Shown: positions 59,698-64,000 of the stretch, one piece after another
How positions within the stretch are numbered: the first letter of the stretch is position 1
How the letters are laid out: every line of letters begins with the position of its first letter
Assembly: GCA_977020255.1 (NCBI GenBank)
Contig: CDROCS010004052.1
Span: 1-64,000, forward strand
Origin: Obrimoposthia wandeli
Lineage: Eukaryota
Length of the DNA: 64,000 nucleotides
Direction of reading: 5' to 3'
Notes under the pieces: model-generated
Databases searched by the model: none
Seen by the model: the letters and a program-made list of their open reading frames with translations, nothing else
Told to the model about the DNA's origin: nothing
Program-made: the position numbers and the translations under genes

Positions 59698-60684
59698 AAA
59701 GGTTAAATTCTGTAAGTCGATGCTTACAAACTTCACCAGGCTTTGGTAATACCAATCGCTACTGAGATATCAAAAACAATAATAATCAGCCAGTTAACCT
59801 ACTGGCTGTTTTTTGTTTACGAACAGATTGATGCAGCGGATTCTTCACCATTTGCTCACTGACCAGCTTTGATTATGTTTTCTATGGGTTTGTCATTACT
59901 TGCCAAAGCTTTTGCTCATCAAAAACAACCGCTATCAGCAATTACGGTCAAGTTAATCTGTCACCACTTCTCGCTTTCTCAAATTATTATCTCTTGACCT
60001 CAGTGGTGTGTGTTTAATTGAAGCCTGATAAATTGCTGGGGTTTTCAAAACCCGCAAGCAGGACAACCAGTAATCGACTTTTTTTAACATAATCATTTCA
60101 ACTGCTCATGTGGGTTTTCTTAAAATATCATGCCTCTGCTCACAGCTTGGGTATTGCAGTGACGTCGGTTTTTAACTGTTACAAAATTGGTCATCATCTA
60201 ACGCTTTTGCCATCGCAACTTTTCAAGAGCATGCGCTTTAAAGCATAACGTTTAATCCACGCCAGCAGCGCCACACCGAAATGCGCATCACCGAGCACTA
60301 AAGCCGTAAAGACTATTACAGTAATCGCGTAATTACGCTAATGAGTTATTAACAAATTGGTCAAAACTTTCCCAACAACCTGGATAAAATTGGAAGTACT
60401 CGTCATCATCGATTCTGGTGGCATGGAGTTGGGTTTAGCGCAAATATATCGCACAAGCCTCAAAATTGTTGCTGCTTATAATAAAAACCATTAAATGCAT
60501 CAAGTGAGGGGATGCAAAATGGGGGGACCGCCTGCAATTCAAAATTACACGCAAAGTCGAAATAATCATCAATTGCCAATATTATGTAGCCTGATGTTGT
60601 TGCCACCATGTTGCTTGATCGCATAGTCTTCGCGTCGTTAAACGCTTTGGACGGCTTTGGGAATGACTTAATAAGATTGCGCCG

Positions 60685-62478
60685 TCAACCAATATTCTCA
60701 GTGGGCACTGAGCAACAAAGTAAAACTCGGTCCACTGGATCCGTTTCGTTTCTTGAAGGGCCGCCTTTGAACGCGTGTTTACAACTTTCGCCCACACACC
60801 CGCACGACAATGAGAGGGTAAGTTAAGCCCTAAGTTTTCAGCAAAGAAATAACAAAGTCTAATAATGCCGTCAGTGGCGCTACACCTGAGCAATTCAAAC
60901 TCAGCTGTTGGGCGATTAAGGCAGCGCTGGAAGCAGTTGACTCTATAATTTTATCCTGGCGTCGAAAATACTTCGGTGGCCTATTCGATCAAGAGATTTC
61001 GCACCTGAGATCATGCGCGCGATCAAAACCTGACATGGGGAACAATTATAGGGCCTGACAATATAAATCAAACATTTGCTATCGAAACCCGCTAAATCGT
61101 GATGATGTACTTTGGGTTGAGGTCTGCCGTGATTCGCGTTATTACTCTGCTCTTGTGTTAAATGTAGATGTGTTTCAATATTCGATAGCTGCGTTGAATA
61201 GTGTAGAAGCTCATTCCACAGCGCCAAGTGTAACCGACTAGGTGCAACATGATGTAGCACAACCTGACGATGAGTATTTTGCGCGACTAACGCGCGTATA
61301 ATTGCCATATGCGGGGTAATACCTATGCCTGCACTGACCAAGACTAAAGGCGAGTCCCCCTCTTTAAGTACCGCCTCTCCAAAAGGCCCAGTGACTAAAA
61401 CCTCATCGCTAACTCTGAGAGAATGCATAGCGTTAGATCCCTCACCGGATTCGCGTTTTACGGTCACACGCGTACTACAATCATCTACCCCTGATACACT
61501 GTAGCTTCGCCAAGTAGATGATTCACCGTTGCCTTTATTTAGCGCATGAAAGCGTAAATATTGCCCCGCTTTAAAGTGTTCGAGAACACCATGTTGTACT
61601 AATGGATCATTGAAATAGAGAGACTTAATTCCCGCGGCCTCTTCTATAATTTCAGTGACAATGGCGCTGCGTGGCCACGCTGTAATATTAGGCGCTGTTG
61701 TCTGCCTGATAGCGTTTTCTATTTCATTTTCAGGTGCATCACCTGACAGGGAAAATGTCTGATTCACAGCCACATCTCCAGGCTCAGTCACTCTCGCATA
61801 TACTCCACAATACATATGCCCAAAATGTTTCTCGAGCTCCCCCGGCATATTCATGTCAGTGTTACCATTTAATGGATTTACCGAGGTTGCACTGCATCGA
61901 TCGATTGGACGAATAACACTAAGTGACACGCCATTAGTAGATAGTTTTTTACCCAGCCAGCTAAACTCACTCCAAGCAGTCGCTCGCACATAAAGGTTAC
62001 CGCGAAAGCGATTCGGATCAATTTTTCTGCCTGTTTTGCGCTCGATGTCTGCCACTGTTTCTAAATTAATAATTGAGACACTAGCATCTGCATGATCCCA
62101 ATAACCCGTCTGATTTTTTGAACTACTGACCAATCTAGCTTGCTGCCCAAACATCGACTTTATTTGCTGTTGCTGCGCATCTGTTGGCCTGTGCGCATCA
62201 CTATCAAACTCAATCGTTGTACCTGCCTTTTGTATAGCCAAGATGTTTTTTTTCTTCAACACTGAGGCCTTTGCTAATAGCGGAGTAATTGTGAGCCGTT
62301 CAAATGCTTGGCAAGGTGTCCAAGCGCCATTGGGTTCTATATCACAAGCGCCTGATGTTATTGCCCATCGCCTATCGCCTGCTAAGCCGCTTACCTCAAG
62401 TAACACACAAGAAGTATCAATGCCTGGGAGTCCTTTGATTGGATACGTCATCATTCTCTCTATTGATATGGAACTCAT
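60685..62478 (-). pseudogene. MOSC domain - FAD/NAD reductase - 2Fe-2S ferredoxin fusion (YcbX-like), frameshifted at the C-terminus
   Basis: ORF 60943..62478 has MOSC (YPIKG, GDRRWA, RFRGN, RCSATSVNP), FAD (AGQYL, WRSYSV, GPFG) and NAD (SAGIGITP) motifs. Ferredoxin pieces LPSHCRAGV / CGESCK / LLCCSVP are scattered over other frames down to a TGA at 60685. Confidence 0.75.
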
Positions 62479-62803
62479 TTATCACCTTTATAAGATTAAA
62501 GCACATCGATACTTAGGCACTGGGTTATAAATATTTCAACCCCAGTGTGATTTGTCAGCAAAGATGATTACTATACAGCTGCGACTTGAGGGGAAACTTC
62601 GAGTAATTAATAATTAATGAGGAAATTAGTCGATAATAGAGTGTTAGTAATGACTTTCCTTGGTAATTTGCTATAAGACGCACATTTTGTACGCTATATA
62701 AAAAGCAATCAAACCTAAATCGTTTAATAGATACCTGTTAGATTCTGTACTATTAAAAAATAACATCATAGCGCAGTCTTTCGCGCTGCTAACTTAAGAA
62801 TAT

Positions 62804-63364
62804 ATGAGAGAAAAAGTGATTCGATCTATTAAACTGTTGTTCACAGCCCTTATCTGCTGCTTGTCGTGCAGCGCATTCGCTGTTGATCTTATTGAATTAA
62901 AACCAGGGGCAAATAACATAGATATCAACGCTGATGGTCGTATGGATTATGCTTTTCTTGCCCAGTATGACAATAATAAATCACATCCTAGTCAAACGAT
63001 TACATTCTATATCCAAAAACCCGGAGGGGGATACAGTATTATGCCAAGTATCGTGGACAACGAGTTCCCTTATTTTAGCGTGTCTCTATCTGGTAGTCAG
63101 GTGACTGTGAACGGGTTTGCTTTAGTGCAAAACAAAACAGGTGTCTATTTTGCAACAGCAGATAAGCATATAGTCAGCGCCTATGATGCTCAAAAATTCG
63201 ATTTCACATTTTATAAACTAATAGAAACAGATGATCACCCAGGTATTGCGCTTTATCACTGGAAGAAAGCGGCTATTGCTACGAGTGCAGGTAAATTCAG
63301 ATCGGCAGATGGCGCATTTAAAGCACTCAAAAAGCAGGTGATTCATTTTATAACTAGCGACTAG
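62804..63364 (+). CDS. Secreted CarG/CpmJ-like protein
   Basis: Signal peptide; LKPGANNIDINADG...YDNNKSHPSQTITFY pattern recalled from the CarG carbapenem self-resistance family. Confidence 0.55.
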   Translation: MREKVIRSIKLLFTALICCLSCSAFAVDLIELKPGANNIDINADGRMDYAFLAQYDNNKSHPSQTITFYIQKPGGGYSIMPSIVDNEFPYFSVSLSGSQVTVNGFALVQNKTGVYFATADKHIVSAYDAQKFDFTFYKLIETDDHPGIALYHWKKAAIATSAGKFRSADGAFKALKKQVIHFITSD

Positions 63365-64000
63365 CCAAGTGCTCGCCCAATCGATACCCAAGACACATTA
63401 AAGTAAAACTCGGGGCGATACCCCATGGTTTTGGGATCACCGAGCCATCACAAACATATAGCCCTTGCACATCCGTTTGCAAATTTGCATCCACCAAGTC
63501 TCCGATTTTAGCTCCGCCCCCAGGATGGGCTGCAAAATGGTGCGAGTGGAAAATCTTTCGTGCGCCTGTTGCCACCAGAATATCTTTGGCTATGGCAATA
63601 CCTGAATCCAACCGAGCACGGTCATCATTGCTAAGTGATTTGTTCATCCATTTAGGGCCAATTACTCCGCCCAAATCGTCTTTTATTTTCACCATCACAC
63701 TGAGTGTTTGCTGATGCGCCAGCAGCCTATCAAAACGCCCAACTTGTGCGGCGAACGCTTGATACATTGAACGGGGTAAAGTTAAATCTGACAACGTAAT
63801 ACCTTGCTCAGGCAAATGAATACCTGCTGCCATAGGTACTTCTTGACCGGCACTACTGCTGTTTAAATCATCGACTGTACCCATTACGGCAATGACAGGG
63901 TCGACAAAGTAATCGCGCCCAGCTTGATCAAAGCCTGAATTTTGTAGTATACGCGGCGAGCCAATGCCACCTGCTGCAAGAACTACCTTATCGGCATATA
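63354..64000 (-). CDS. GMC oxidoreductase, C-terminal part (runs off the right edge)
   Basis: Frame stays open to the window end (ADKVVLAAGGIGSPRILQNSG); HPGGGAKIG and LYVCDGSVIP motifs. Confidence 0.85.
   Translation of the reverse strand, partial: YADKVVLAAGGIGSPRILQNSGFDQAGRDYFVDPVIAVMGTVDDLNSSSAGQEVPMAAGIHLPEQGITLSDLTLPRSMYQAFAAQVGRFDRLLAHQQTLSVMVKIKDDLGGVIGPKWMNKSLSNDDRARLDSGIAIAKDILVATGARKIFHSHHFAAHPGGGAKIGDLVDANLQTDVQGLYVCDGSVIPKPWGIAPSFTLMCLGYRLGEHLASR

Overview
AT-rich gammaproteobacterial (marine-type) chromosomal window made almost entirely of accessory metabolism, transport and signalling genes. I found no rRNA, tRNA, CRISPR array, transposase or integrase. Main result: a complete set of homologues of the Pseudomonas histamine/imidazole-4-acetate (hin) catabolic genes, split into four transcription units. 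These are ArgE-like amidohydrolase + APC permease + class III aminotransferase (18.0-22.2 kb); aspartase with an extra N-terminal domain + aldehyde dehydrogenase (32.0-35.4 kb); LysR divergent from flavin monooxygenase + RidA + DUF1028 (35.8-39.6 kb); and a PotABCD-type ABC importer (39.9-43.7 kb). All four units carry the same promoter architecture, read directly from the sequence: a 19-bp T-N11-A LysR box, a 14-nt gap, TA(A/C)TATTTTA(C/T) overlapping the -35, a 17-nt spacer and a -10. This ties them into one regulon and brings the ABC importer into it. Other contents: a frameshifted histidine kinase, a second polyamine-family ABC system, ada, a Cache two-component system with a TRAP transporter, three c-di-GMP enzymes (one paired with an orphan solute-binding protein) and vapBC. 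At 54-61 kb there is an accessory zone with two attC-bounded integron gene cassettes but no integrase, several short degenerate hairpin repeats and decaying genes, followed by a frameshifted MOSC-reductase-ferredoxin gene and an orphan CarG-like gene. Family calls come from recognised motifs and recall, not from database searches.
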